NCBI RefSeq assembly: GCF_030028105.1
Contig: NC_092398.1
Location: 28,738,424-28,802,423, forward strand
Direction: 5' to 3'
DNA: 64,000 nt
Source of the DNA: Mobula birostris
Taxonomy: Eukaryota
Numbering within the stretch: position 1 is the stretch's first letter; each line of letters starts with the position of its first letter. Shown here piece after piece: positions 1-13,537 of the stretch. The notes under the pieces were generated by a model. That model was not told the DNA's origin and searched no databases. It worked only from the letters and a program-made list of their open reading frames with translations. A program made the position numbers and the translations under genes.

Positions 1-2189
1 CAAATGAAGGAAAAACCAGGACACTTATTGTAATTGTCAGAAACTTGACAGCCCCCAGGGCCCTCCCTACAATTTATGACCTTCAGTGTCAGCACTAGGC
101 ATATTGCTAATTAAAGGAAGGTGCAGAATATCTCAGATAGCTTAACGTTTTATTCAGAATTTTCTTCCAGACTGACCTACTTCTGCCCTTCTGCTCTGCT
201 GTGCCACAAAGCCTTCGTAAACCATTTCCTTACCACCAATTTCCCTATTTTCACTTCTCTTTGTGAAGTTGGTGAGGTGCATTTCTGTATGTGTGAGCCA
301 TTACTGTTGTTGTAACTTAAAGCTAATCATTAAAAATAAGTCTGTGCTGTTTGTGGAGAATAAAAGGTTTGTTTTGCACAAAATCTGCAGTTCCTCATTT
401 TTGCAACTACTGCTTCTGTAAATTACCATTTTCTTTTCCTGGATAGCTGGGTAGGTGTTTGATGGTAGGAGATTGCACGTTATCCTGCGCTTCAGACAAA
501 TGTGACTCCTGTTTAGTATCTTAGTATTTGAGTCTTGCCAAATGATCATGCTGTTATTTACAACATACAAAAGGCACACAATGGTCAAGGATTTTCGAAA
601 CTATCAACAACTTCAAATTAAAATGCAATTGCTATAGTCTACAAATCACTCAGTTCCCGGGGCGGGGGGTGAGGGGGTGTTGCACCATTCTCAGAAATCC
701 CCTGTAGTGCTCATAGAGGTTGCATGCTCCCTTTCCGTGGAAGTATTTGCATGAATATAATACTGGAAGAGGGGTAGTCAGTCAGCTCAAGCAGAGACCT
801 TGACTGCCTGCTGCCTGGACCCGTGAATGGCCATTTTGGCTAGGCTCAGGAACGAACCTACTGAGAGAGATCTGAGTGATCCACCACGCCGCCACCCCCC
901 CCCCACAATATTGCGTGATTGTAGTTGATGAGCACAAGCACGACGTGCAGCCAGAACTTGAGGAGCAGCTTCTTCAGACATTCAAACAAACAGGCTGCAA
1001 CCTCTCACACTCCATGTACATTCCGTGGCCACTTTATAAGGTACATCTGCTCGTTCATACAAATATCTAATGAATCAATCATATTACAGCAACTTAATGG
1101 ATAAAACATGCAGAAATGTTTAAGAGGTTCAGCTGTTATTCAGACCAAACATCAGAATGGTGTTGAAATGTGATCCAAGTGACTTTGACAGTGAAATGAA
1201 TGCTGGTGCTAGACGGGATGGTTCGAGTATCTCAGAAGCTGCTGAGAAAAGCTTTCCCCACCGTTGAGCACATCTACATGAAATGCTGTCGCAGGAAAGC
1301 AGCATCCATGATTAGGGAATCGCACCACCCAGGACATGCTCTCTTCTCCCTGCTGCCATCATAAGGTACAAGAGCCTCAGGATAACTTCACTCAACTTCA
1401 CTTCCCCATCATTGAAACGTTGCCACCACCAGTGGACTAATTTTCAAGAACTCTTCAGCTCACGTTTTTGATATTTATTCTTATTTATTATAATTTCTTT
1501 CTTTTTTGTATTTGCAGAATTTTTCTTTTGCCCAAGTTGATTTGGTCTTTTATTGATTGTGGGTATTTTATGCCCGTTGAAAAGAAATCCCAGTGTTGAC
1601 ATGTGTATTTTGATAATAAATTTATTTTAAAATTTGACCTCTGTTGGATTTTCATGCACAACAGTTTACAGTGAATAGTGTGAAAAAGAAAAAAAATCCA
1701 GTGACCGTCAGTTCTGTGTGCAAAAACGCCTTGTCAATCAGAGGGTTCAGAAGAGCATGGCTGTACTGTTTCAAGCTGACAGGAAGGTGACAGTAATTTA
1801 AATAACCATACGTTACAGCAGTGGGGTGCAGAAGAGCATCTCTGAATGCACAGCGTGTTCAAACTTGGTCAAGAGCAGCAGAAGACCACAAATATGCACT
1901 CAGTGGCCACTTTATTAAATACAAACGACATCTAATTAAGTGGCCAATGAGTGTACTTTAGTTTTATGAATCATCTTGCTGTTGGATGACAAAGTGTGTT
2001 CAGATTTTATTTGAATCTACAACCATTCTTCATTCTTACAAGCAGGTGTGGCAACAGGAAGATTTTGCTCAGAGGTTAATTGTTCCCTTAAGGATGTAGG
2101 ATTCAGCATCTCTCAATAACGTCTCTGCAGGCATTGACAGCACTGGTCTCCAGCACTGCAGTTAAACAAAAGCACAAGAGATACTGCAA

Positions 2190-2700
2190 TCCGGAGCAAT
2201 AGACACACACAAAATGGTGGAGGAACTCTGCAGGTTAGAGGAACTCTGCAGGTTAGGCGGCATCTGTGCAGGGAAATAAACAGTGGATGTTTCAGGCTGG
2301 GAGCCTTCATCAGGACTGGAAAGGAGAGGAGGAGTGTAAGCTGTCAGGCAATAGGTGAAGCCAGAGAGAGCTGGTGGGCGGGGGAGTGGGGATAGTGACA
2401 AGCTGGGAGGTGATAGGTAGAAAAGGTAACCGCTGAAGAAGCAAGAATCTGATAGGAGAGAATAGTTGACCATAGTGGGAAGGGAAGGAGGAGGAACACC
2501 AGAGGGAGGCAATGGGCAAATGAGGATAAGGGAACAGGTAAAAGGGGAGCCAGAATATGGAATAGACAAGGAAGAAGTGTGGGGAGGGCAATTTCCTGGC
2601 TAGAAAAATCAAAATTTACGCCATAAGGTTGGAGCCCCCATGTGGAACACAGGGGTTGCTCCTCCAACTTGAGTTTAACCTCATCATGGCAGTAAGGAAG
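2190..2700 (-). mobile_element. Penelope-like element 3' fragment (GIY-YIG tail + pseudo-LTR)
   Basis: EEQ..GLQPYGVNFDFS resembles the PLE C-terminus EEQHLIFRLGSLQPDGMNIDFS, followed by a CTGATGA..GAAA pseudo-LTR motif at 2281-2318. Confidence 0.7.
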
Positions 2701-3429
2701 TCATGGACAGACATGTTGGAATGGGAATCGTCATCATCATCATCATATGCCATGTTGTAGGACATGGATGATCATGGTCATAGGTTCTTGGCAAATTCTA
2801 CAGACGTGCCCATTGCTTTCTTCTGGGCAGTTGTTTTACAAAACATGACTCCAGCCATTATTAATACTCTCCAGGGATTGTCTGCCTGGCTATTGCCAAC
2901 TGGCAATGGTCACATATGTTATGTACCAGCTGCTCATATGACCATCCACCACCCGCCCCTATGGCTTCATGTGACCCTGATCATGGGGCTAAGCAAGTGC
3001 TACACCATACCTAAAGGTGACCTGCAGGCTACTAGAGGAGAGAAGCACCTTACACCACCTTTGATAGAGATGTATCTACACTCCCACCACCCCCTAGGAA
3101 TGGGAATAGGAAGTCAAATTAAAATGGTTTAAACTCAAGTTAAAGAGCTGCATTGCAAGGCAGTCAGATTCCAATACACCTCAGGCCAACAAGAATGAGA
3201 CGGTGGATATCAGATGTTCGACTGCCAGCAGGTTGTGAATTTGACATTTTGTTTTAAGCTTCTGTTGTGCATTCAGAGGCAAGTCCTGGCAACTAGCCGA
3301 TTTCTTCTTGCAGACGGTGGACCCCACTCTGTGAGCAGACTTCTGAGAAGAAACAAGAAGAGGGTTGATGAAGATACGGACTGTGGAATATTAAGGTAGC
3401 ACCAGTCAACAGTATGTAACACTTAAGGA

Positions 3430-3980
3430 TATAATTCAGGATACAAGAGATTAGTCAGACTGCACTTGGAGTATTGTGAGCATTTTTGTACCACAAACCC
3501 AAGAATAGATGTACTAGCATTGGTATTGGAGTGGCCCCAGATGAGGTTCATGAGAATAATCCTGGGAATGAAAGAGTTAATGCATGAGGAGCATTTGAAG
3601 GCTCTGGGTCTATAGTCACTGGAGTTTAGAAGGATGGGGGAGGGGTGGGTGGGACCTGGTTGGAGTGGATGTGAGACCTGGGGGAGTCTAGGTCCAGAGG
3701 GCTCAGACTCAGAGTAGAAGGATGTCCTTTTAGAACAGAGATAAGGAGGAATTTCTTTCACCAGGGGGTTGTGAATCTGTGGAGTTCATTGCTACAGGTG
3801 GCCGTGGAGGAGAAGTCATTGGGTATATTTAAAGCTGAGCTTGATAAGTTCTTGATTAGTAAGAGTGTCAAAGGTTATGGGGAGAAAACAGGAGAATGGA
3901 GTTGAAAGGGATGATAAATCAGCCATGATGGAATGGTGAAGTAAACATGATGGGCTGAATGGCCTAATTCTGCTCCTCTG
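3430..3980 (+). mobile_element. CR1 LINE 3' fragment
   Basis: LVRLHLEYCEHF-type motif and CR1 3' UTR ending GGCCTAATTCTGCTCC. Confidence 0.75.
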
Positions 3981-5330
3981 TCGAATGGTTACAGCCTCCT
4001 GACCCCAAGTTCCTGTGTGCATAGTCTGCCCTAGTTAGCTTTTCTGATGTTTACCAGATACAAAATGGGGTGTATGAGAGGGCTAGCACTGCTGGTGAAG
4101 GAACTTGTCGTGTCACTTCTTGGGCAACTCACTCACATTGGTCCCCGACTGACACTCAGCTCTCACCTGCGGCTCCAAGTAGCTGCCACACCCCAGTACA
4201 TTGCTTCGATGGACAGGTTAAAGCAGGTGAGGGTAGCCGGTGGCCTCATACCACAGTGAGATAGGAACATGCCCATCCAAGCATGCAAAGAGATGCGGAC
4301 TGAGTGGATGAGGTCAACAGTGAGATTCAACAGCTAGGAAAGCAGTTCTGTGACACTTCATGGAGAGGAAAGGGCAGGAAAAGGTACAGAAGAAGTCATG
4401 GTTGTCCACTGCAATGAAGGAAGACTTCAGCTGTGACAACTACTCATACCACTGGTGCAGGACTTTCAAATTTCAGAGAGTGCAGCTGCCCCAGTGCAGC
4501 GGTTTTTCCACTTTAAAAACTCTCCTGCACTGGTTTCAAACTCATCATCAGATATGACAGATATCCAATCAATCATATAGATACAAGGCAAACAAGAGAA
4601 GATCTGCAGATTCTGGAAATCCAAGCAAAATGCTTGGAGGAACTCAGCAGGCCAGGCAGTGTCTATGGAAAAGAGTAAACAGTCGACGTTTTGGGCCAAG
4701 ACCCTTCAACAGGAGTGGAGAAAAAAAGATGAGGAGTAGAGTTCTGCTGAAGAATAGGTAAAAATGTTTGCTCTTTTCCATAGACGCTGCCTGTCCTGCT
4801 GAGTTCCTCCAGCATTTTGTGTGTGCTATCCAGATACAAAGTATTACTGACACTGTTGAAGTGATTGCACAGCAAAGAATTTGCATTGTCTTAATGTAAT
4901 TTCCCCCCATATCAAACAGGATTAACGGTTACTCTTGATGACACAGATGTTGGTGGACAGTGTAGTAGGTTGTTGTAGGTTACAGCTGGACATTGGCAGG
5001 ATGCAGAGCTGGGCTGAGAAATGGCAGATGGAGTTCAGCCCAGAAAACTGAAGTGGTTCACATTGGAAGGTCGAATTTGAAGGCAGAGTAAAGGGTTAAT
5101 GGCAGTATACTGAGCAGTGTGGAGCAACAGAGGGATCTTTGGGTCCATGTCCACTGAAATCTCAAAGTTGCCATGCAAGTTGAAAGGATGGTTAAGAAGG
5201 CATATGGTATGTTGGCCTTCATTAGTCGAGGGATTGAGTTCAAGAGCTGACAGGTAATGATGCAGGTCTACAAAACCCAGGTTAGACCACACTTGAAATG
5301 ATGTGTTCAGTCCAGGTCTCTTCATTAGAG

Positions 5331-8300
5331 CATAGAACATAGAAATCTACAGCATATTACAGGCCCTTCGGCCCACAATGTTGTGTCAACCACGTAACCT
5401 ACTCTAGATACTGCCTTGAATTTCCCTACCGCATAGCCCTGCATATTTCTGAGCACCATGTACCTATAAGGCCCTATATGTATCTGCATCGACAACCGTC
5501 ACTGGCAGAGCATTCCAATCACCCACTGCTCTCTGCATGAGAAACTTAGCTCTGACATCCCCCTTGTACCTAATTCTAAGCACCTTAAAACTAAATCCCC
5601 TTGTGTTAACCACTACAGCCCTGGGAAAAAGCCCCAGCTATCCACATGATCAATACCTCTCATCATCTTATACTCCTCTATCAGGTCACCTATCATCCTC
5701 CATCGCTCCTAAGAGAAAAGGCCAAGTTCACTCAACGTATTCTCATAAGGTCTGCTCTCCAATCCAGGCAATATTCTTGTAAATCTCCTCTGCACTCTTT
5801 GTATAGTATCCACATCCTTCCCGTAGTGAGGTGGGCAGGATTGAACACAGTCCTCCAGGTGGGTCTATAGTTTTAACATTACCTCACGGCTCTTGAACTC
5901 AATCCCATGGTTGGTGAAGGCCATCACACCATACACCTTCTGCTGTCAATCTGCCCAGCAGCTTTGAGTGTTCCATGGACACAGACCCCAAGATCTTGCT
6001 GATATTCCACACTGCCAAGAGTCTCACCATTATTATTATATTCTGTCTTCAAATTTGATGTACTGAAATGAACCACCACACCACTCTGGGATGAACTCCA
6101 TCTGCCACTTCTCAGTCCGGTTCTGCATCCTATCAAAGTCCTGCTGTAACCTCTGACAACCCTCCAGACTATCCACAACACCCCCAACTTTTGTGACATC
6201 TGCAGACTTACTAATCCACTCTTCTACTTCCTCATCTAGGTCATTTATAAAAACCAGAAAGAGGAAAGGTCCCAGAATAGATTCCATCCTCACCATCCTC
6301 CATGCAGAATACAAACCATCTACAACCACACTTTACCTTCTGTGGGCAAGTTAGCTCTGGGCCCACAAAGCAAGGTCTCATTGGATCCCATGGCTTATTA
6401 CATTCTGAATGAGCCTTGCATGGGGAACCTTATTAAATACCTTACTGAAATTCATATACACTACATCCACTGCTCTACCTCCATCAATGTGTTTTGTTAC
6501 ATCGTCAACAAATTCAGTCAGGCTCGTAAGGCACGACCTGCCCTTGACCAAGCTATGCTGATGATCCCTAATTAGATTATGTCTCTCCAAATGCTCATAA
6601 ATCTTTCCTCTTGGGATCTCCTCTAAAAGCTTGCCCTCCGCTGAAGTAATACTCACTGGTCTATAATTTCCTGGGTTATCTCTACTCTCTTCCTTGAACA
6701 AGGAAACAACATTTGCAACCTTCCAATCCTCTGGTACTTCTCCCATCCCTATTGATGATGCAAAGATCATCACCAGAGCCTCAGCAATCTCCTCCATCAC
6801 TTCCCACAGTAGCCTGGGGTATATATCGTCCAGTCCCAGCGGCTTATCTAACTTAATACCTTTCAACAGCTACAACACATCCTCTCTCTTAATGTCTATA
6901 CACTCAGGCGTTTCATTCTGCTGCAAGTCATCCCCACAATTGCCAAGGTCCTATTCACTGGTGTATACTGAAGCACAGTATTCATTATGTAGCTCAGCTA
7001 CCTCCTCCGGCTCTGTGCATACATGATTGGTCCTATTCTCACACAGTCCATCCTTATGCTCTTCACATACTTGTAGAACGCTTTAGAGTTTTCCTTAATC
7101 CTGCTCACTAAGGCCTTCTCATGGCCACTTCTAGCTCTCCTAATTTCATTCTTGAGCTCTTTCCTAGCAACCTTGTAATTTTCTATAGCTCTAACCTAGT
7201 TTCTTGAATCTTTCATAAAACTTTCTTCTTAACCGGATTTTCCACATCCTTTGTACACCATGGTGCTTTTACCCTACCATCCTTTTCCTGCCTCAATGGA
7301 ACATACCTATACAGAACGCCATTTACATGTTCCCTGAACAATTGGCACATTTCTGCCATGTATTTTCCTCAGAACATCTGCTCCCAATTTATATTCCCCA
7401 GTTCCTGCTTAATAGCATTGTATTTCCCCTACCCCAATTAAATATTTTCCCAAATTGTCTGCTCCTATCCCTCTCCATCTTTATTGTAAAGGAGATAGAG
7501 TTCTGACCACTTCCTCTAAAATGCTCTCCAACCAAGAGATCACATACCTGAACAAGTTAATTTCCTGATACAAGATCAAGTACAACCTCTCCTCCAGTTG
7601 GCATATCTACATATTGCAACAGGAAACCTTCCTGAACACACCTAACAAACTCCACCCCATATAAATTCCTTGCTCTAAGGAGATGCCAGTCAATATTAGG
7701 AAAGTTAAAATCACCCATCACAACAACCCTACTATTATTGCACCATTGCAGAATCTGCCTCCACATCTGCTCCTCAATGTCTCTGTTAGTATGGGGGGGG
7801 CACTCTATAAAACACTTAGTAGGGTTATTGCCCCCTTTCTGTTTCTGGCTTCCACCCACAATTGACCCAGTAGACAATCCCTCCATGATATCCTCCTTTT
7901 TCTGCAGCCGTGATACTATCCCTGATTAGCAATGCCACTCTCCCACCTCTTTTGACTCCCTCTCTGTCCTTTTTGAAAGATTTAAAGCCCAGCACTCTCA
8001 GCAGCCACTCCTGCCCCGAGACAGCCAAGTATCTGTAATGGCTACAACGTCATAGTTCCACACTCTAAGATCATTCGCCTTGTTTATGATACTCCTTGCA
8101 GTAAAATAGACACATCTCAAACCATCTGGCTGAGTCCATCTTTGCTCTATCATCCGCTTATCCTTCGTCACAAACTAAATGCTGTGTCTACTTGTGTGCC
8201 AACCACTCCATCCTCTGCCTCTTCACTTTGGTTCCTACCCTCCTGCAAAATTAGTATAAACCCTCCCCAAGAGCATTAGCAAACCTCCCTCCCAGGATAT

Positions 8301-8600
8301 TGGTTCCCCTCTAGCTCAGGTGCAACCTGTCCCATGTACAGGTCGCTGCTCCCCAGAAAAGGTTCCAATGATCCAAGAACTTGAAACCCTGTCCTTGCAC
8401 CATCTCCAAAGCCGCTCTGTGATATCTTCCTATTCTGACCTTTCCTAGCTCATGGCACTGGGAGTAATCCAGAGATTACCACCTTGGAGGTCCTGCTCTT
8501 CAGCCGCCTTCCTAACTCCCTAAACTTACTGTGCAGGACCTCCACCCTCTCCTACCTATGCCATTAGTACCAACATGTACCATGACCTCCGGCTGCTCAC
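5331..8600 (-). mobile_element. Degenerate CR1 LINE (endonuclease + RT)
   Basis: WKVANVVSLFKE..NPGNYRPVSITS, DVVYMNFSKVFNKVPHARL, LGPFLFLVFINDLD..SKSADVTK, VVMGDFNFPNIDW. Tandem tail at 5331. Confidence 0.9.
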
Positions 8601-9110
8601 CTTCCCCTTCAAGAAGAATGTAGAAAGTTTAGAGAGAGTGCAGGGGAAATTTACCAGAAAGCTGCATAGATTGGAGAGCATGTCTTATGAGAATATGTTG
8701 AGTGAGTTAGGGCTTTTCTCTTCACAGCGAAGCAAGATGAGAAGGATGAGAAAGGTGTATAAGAGGCAATGGTCGAGCGGATAGCCAGAAACTTTCCCAG
8801 GGCAGAAATGGCAAATGTGAAGGGGCATAATTTTAGGTGCCTGGAGGAAAGTATAAGGGGGGCTCAGGGGTAAGTTTATATTTTAAAACACAGGAAGTGG
8901 TGAGTGTGAGGAATTCACTGCCAGGCGTGGTGGTAGAAGCAGAAACATTAGGGATATTGAAAAGACTCTGAGGCACACAGATGAAAGGAAAATATAGGGC
9001 TATGTAGGAGGGAAGGATAAGTCTGGTCTTAGAGTCGGTTATAAGAGTAGACTACAACATGGGCCTGTACTGTGCTACAGCGTTATATGGTATGTTCTAT
9101 TTCGAAAATG
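8600..9110 (+). mobile_element. CR1 LINE 3' fragment
   Basis: LERVQGKFTR..SYENMLSELGLFS motif and CR1 3' UTR. Confidence 0.75.
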
Positions 9111-10389
9111 TTGCCTTTCAGAAGGAGACCAATCCATGGACAACTGTACCTTGTGCTAGTATTTCATCCACCTGCCCTGACTCTGACATCAACAGGGAAT
9201 TTCACAACAATGAATCCTAGCTCTATCGTCACCCAATTGTTAGCAGATCTGGATTTATTGGATGGGGATCAGGAGTATTAATTCCTACTTCTGGTAATTT
9301 TTCTCCATCCCCCTCCTTTCTCCATTTCCCATTCTGGTTCCCTCTTACCTGTTCCCTTCTCCACCCCCGTCCACCATCTCCTTCTGACACCCCCTCCTCC
9401 TTCCCTTTCTCCTCTCCTTTCTTAGTACATTCCTTCTTCTTCAACCCTTTACCCCTTTCCTTCCAGCTTCTCACTTCATCCCCCATGCCCCCCACCCAGC
9501 CACCTTCCCCGTCACCTTGTCTCACCTATCATCAGTCTGCTTGCAGTTCTTCCCCCCAAAATTGGATTGATAAACCAATTGTCTATTCTTGCCATGTGCT
9601 TGAAGGAATGGAAGCTGCCATTTTGTGAAGCTCCTCTATAGGCACCATTTTGTGAACTGTTTGATGAACTGATTCTTGCTGTGAGATAAGGAGTCTCTGC
9701 TATTGAACTGCTAAACCTGAGATCATAGATAGACTGCGTGTTGTGTACAATGGCATGCTTGCAGAAGCAGTCTCATTATCTCTGCTCAGTGTTTAGGCGA
9801 CCTGGTTTGAACCAGTGTCGAAGAGAACAAAAGAAGTCATCTAAGGCATGAAGTTGTGTAGCCCTTGTTCTACATCCTATGGGAATCTGTTACAGGTCAG
9901 TCGGAAGACCTTGAGCAAACAAGATGGAAGTGCATCGTTTGAATTGTTGAGGAAGACTAAGAGTTAGGACCTTCAAATACAAAATGGAGAGATCTCTAGA
10001 GACTAACCATCACAATGAGGAATCTCCATGCTGTGAGCTGGGAGAAGAAAGAATCAGAAGTCAGGTCAACAGGAGATCCTCTATATAGGTGTTATAAATG
10101 TAAAAGTGGTCTGAGTGAGTATTGAGGGAACAGTAGAATTCATATTTTAAGTCAATATAATTACGTGGTTGTTTGCGCAGAGATAATAAAGTGCGAGCTT
10201 TGATTAATTAAGAGTTGTGTAGTGAATTCCGTAACTTAGATCAGTTAATGAAAACACAGGAAAGCAGCATCCATCATCATGCACCCCAACCATCCAGCCC
10301 AGGCTCTCTTCTCATTACTACTATTGGGCAGGAGGTACAGGAGCCTCAAATCCCACACAACCATCAGGAACAGTCATTATCCCTCAACT

Positions 10390-10681
10390 ATCAGGCCGCT
10401 GAATCAATTGTGGACAACTTTTTAAAATTGCGATACAGCATGGAGTAGGTCCTTCTGGCCCTTTGAGCCACACTGCCCAGCAATCCTCCGATTTATGAAC
10501 AATGACTAATTAACCTACCAACCGTATGTCTTCGGACTGTGGAAGGAAACCAGGCCACCCGGACAAAACCCATGCACTCACCAGGAGAACATACAAATTC
10601 CTTACGGGCAGTGACAGGATTTGAACCCGGGTTGCCTTTACTGTAAAGTGTTGTGCTAACCACTGCACGACTGTGCTGCCC
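10390..10681 (-). mobile_element. tRNA-derived SINE (elasmobranch HE1-like)
   Basis: Head GGGCAGCACAGTCGTGCAGTGGTTAGCAC with B box GGGTTCAAATCC and a LINE-like tail. Related copies at ~25900-26660, 39680-39960 and 58240-58550. Confidence 0.7.
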
Positions 10682-11950
10682 CTCTTTTATTTAGAGACTT
10701 CATTGAACTAATTCCACACTGACAGACTCACTTTCAAGGACTCTGCAACTAGGCCCCAGAATTATTTATTTATTTTATTTGCACAATTTGTCTTCTTTTG
10801 CACATTGTTTATTGGTCAGCTTTTGATTATGTATCATTCTTCATAAATTTGATCGTATTTATTTTCCTGTTTATGGGGTGGCATGTATGTACTTGGATAA
10901 TGAATTTAATCATAAGACATAGAAGCAGAATTAGGCCATTCAGCCTATTGAGTCTGTGCTGGCTATTCCATTCCAGCTGATTGATTATCCATCTCAACCC
11001 CATTCTCCTGCCTTCTCCCCATGATCTTTGATGCCCTTACTAAACTTTAATAAATTTTAATTTTAACAAATTGCAATAAAAATTACAAATTTACTCTGAC
11101 TTTGGTGGTTACACCGCTCAGAAGAGGCCGCATGAAAATAGTATGCACAGCATGGAAGACACAATCAAGATGCTGATTTGATGACACAATCAATCTAGAA
11201 AGAGACATCTACCAATTATATCGTACTTCCTGCCTATAATTTGAATGAATAAAGGTATGTTTTAGAAACAAAGAACTGTTCAACATAGGAAAAGGCCGTT
11301 TGGTTTACAATATTTGTACTGACCACGATACCAAATTACACTAACTCCCTGTAAATGGTCTACACTCAATTATTAGATACACCTGTACACTTGCTTGTTA
11401 GTGCAAATATATAATCAGCCAATCATTCATCAACTCAATGCATAAAAGCGTGCAGACATGGTCAAGAGGTTCAGTTGTTGATCAGGCCAAACACCAGACT
11501 GGGGAAGAAGTGCGATCGAAGTAACTTTGACCACGGCCTATCTCTGAAAGTTAAAACTCTTTAATCCAGCACCCTTGGGACCTGAGTGGTGCTGACCACA
11601 CAAAATATCTCTTCAGACCTGATGACTGGTCTTGGCCCGAAATGTCAACTGTTTATTCCCCTCCATAGGTGCTGCCTGACTGACCGAATTCTTGCAGCGT
11701 TGTGCGCATGTGTCTGTGTGCATTGCTCTGGATTTCCACCACCCGCAGAATCTTTTGAGTTTAGAAACTGTCCCCTGGTCATTTGCCTCTGACCAGGGGT
11801 ACGATTCTTTCAGACACTCCCAAGTCACATGAGGGTTCCAAGAACCATTGTCAACCCGGAGTTATACTGATGGCTGAAAGATCAAAAGTTACATTGGGAG
11901 TTTAACTAGCTACAGGTTAATGCAGATCAGAATCTGGTTAATATCACTGA

Positions 11951-12491
11951 TATAAACTCAGTGTCCACTTTATTAGATACACCTGCTTGTTAATAGAAAC
12001 ATCTAATCAGCCAATCATGAGGCAGCTCGATGCATGCAGACACTATCAAGAGGTTCAGTTGTGCAGACTAAACATTAGAATGGGGAAAGACGTGATCTAA
12101 GTGAGTTTGACTGAGGAATGATTGTTGGTTCCAGACGGGGTAGTTTGAGGGTTTCAGAAACTGCTGATCTGCTGGGATTTTCACATACAACAGTCTCTAG
12201 AGTTTACAGAGAATGGGGTTAAAACCAAACAAACAAAAAAAATCCAGTGGAGTAGCAGTTCTGTGGGTGAAAATGCCCTGTTAATGAGAGAAGTCAGAGG
12301 AGAATGGCCAGATTGGTTTAAGCCGACAGTAGCTCAAATAACCACCCATTACTACAGTGCATCTCTGAGTGCACAACATGTTGAACTTTGAAATTGATGG
12401 GCTGCAGCAGCAGAAGACGATGAACATACACACAGTGGCCACTTTATTAGGGGTGTATGAGGAACATAATAAAGTGGCCACTGAGGGTATA
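11951..12491 (+). mobile_element. Tc1/mariner-derived non-autonomous element
   Basis: Terminal inverted repeats CTCAGTG(T/G)CCACTTTATTA flanked by TA, with an internal transposase relic (ERSQRRMARL). Related copies near 1660-1960, 15080-15360, 16263-16790 and 19840-20330. Confidence 0.75.
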
Positions 12492-12679
12492 ATGGCTCCA
12501 CATCTTGCCTGTTGACTTGTCTGCCAAAATGGTCTTAAACATTGCTATTGTATCTCGTTTCACCACCTCCCCTGGTACCCCTGGTGCCGACCGCTCTCTG
12601 TGTAGAGAAGTTCTCCTCACAAATATCCATTAACATTTCCTCTCTCACCAGGAACCTGCACCATCGAACATTTGATAAA

Positions 12680-13080
12680 CACAAGGGGTTCTGCAGATGC
12701 TGGAAAATCCAGAGCAACACACACAAAATGCTGGAGGAACTCAGCAGGTGAGGCAGCAACGATGGAGGGGAACAAACAGTCAAAGTTTCAGGTCAAGAAC
12801 CTTCGTCAGGACCGGAGTGGAAGGAGACAGAAGTAAGAATAAAGTGGGGTGAGGGAAAGGAATACATGACACTGGGATAGTGAGTAGCATCCAACCTGAT
12901 GGCATGAATATTGATTTCTCTAACTTCTGGTAATATCTCCCCTTCCCATCCTATATTTATCCATTCCCCACTCTGGCTACCCATTACCCCTTCACTTCTC
13001 CTCACCTGCCCAGCGCCTCCCTATGGTGTCCCTCCACCTTCCTTTTCTTCCAAGGTCCACTCTCCTCTGCCGTCAGATTA
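12680..13080. mobile_element. Penelope-like fragments in both orientations
   Basis: QPDGMNIDFSNFW* on + at ~12890-12930. Pseudo-LTR motif on - at 12777-12814. Further copies near 9180-9560, 19140-19460, 29590-30010 and 37830-38260 and their unit paralogs. Confidence 0.7.
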
Positions 13081-13435
13081 GGTGAGTGTGGGGAGCTGAT
13101 TGAATGTCTCTAGTGTGTAGGTGTGGGACAGGGGGTGGTTAATTGGAGCTAATGGGAATGTTGGAAGAACAAAGTTGGATAAATGTAATTGGATATTTGA
13201 TGGTCAGTATGACCCAACGGTCTGTTTCCCGTTTGAATTACTTCTTGTTCTCTGACCTGCCCTTGTGTTATACCACACTTAGTGTAGATTTTGGTGTGAT
13301 AACCCTTGCTGAATCATTGGGTCTCGGATGACCAGATTGGGTATTTGGCCCATTGGATACCTGCAGCTTCTTTTATGAAATGCATGAAGGAAAGGAGTTT
13401 CCCGGACCGATGAGTACGTGCAAAAATATTCCTAC

Positions 13436-13537
13436 CTTTCCACTTGACGATTCCTCCGGACACTGCAATCAGAATGCCAATTATTCCAGCGATTACTCCA
13501 ATCACATATCCATAGACTGGTTTGGTATTCTTGGGAA
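13436..13537 (-). CDS. MHC exon 4, connecting peptide + transmembrane (VPKNTKPVYGYVIGVIAGIIGILIAVSGGIVKWK)
   Basis: Acceptor gattttcctag|TT, donor G|GTAGGA, 102 nt, phase 1-1. Gly-rich hydrophobic helix followed by basic stop-transfer residues. Confidence 0.8.

Noticed and set aside
221-271. 51-nt phase 1-1 minus-strand mini-exon as a further MHC tail exon
   Set aside because: Weak acceptor, 13 kb from the TM exon, no sequence support.
876-1070. IVVDEH resembling a DEAH helicase motif II
   Set aside because: No other helicase motifs or splice context; a short chance match.
4627-4818. ~55-bp inverted repeat as a structured ncRNA or miRNA
   Set aside because: Both arms are Penelope pseudo-LTR sequence in opposite orientation, a common TE configuration.
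10600-10681. tRNA gene
   Set aside because: The A and B boxes belong to a SINE head, and no cloverleaf can be formed.
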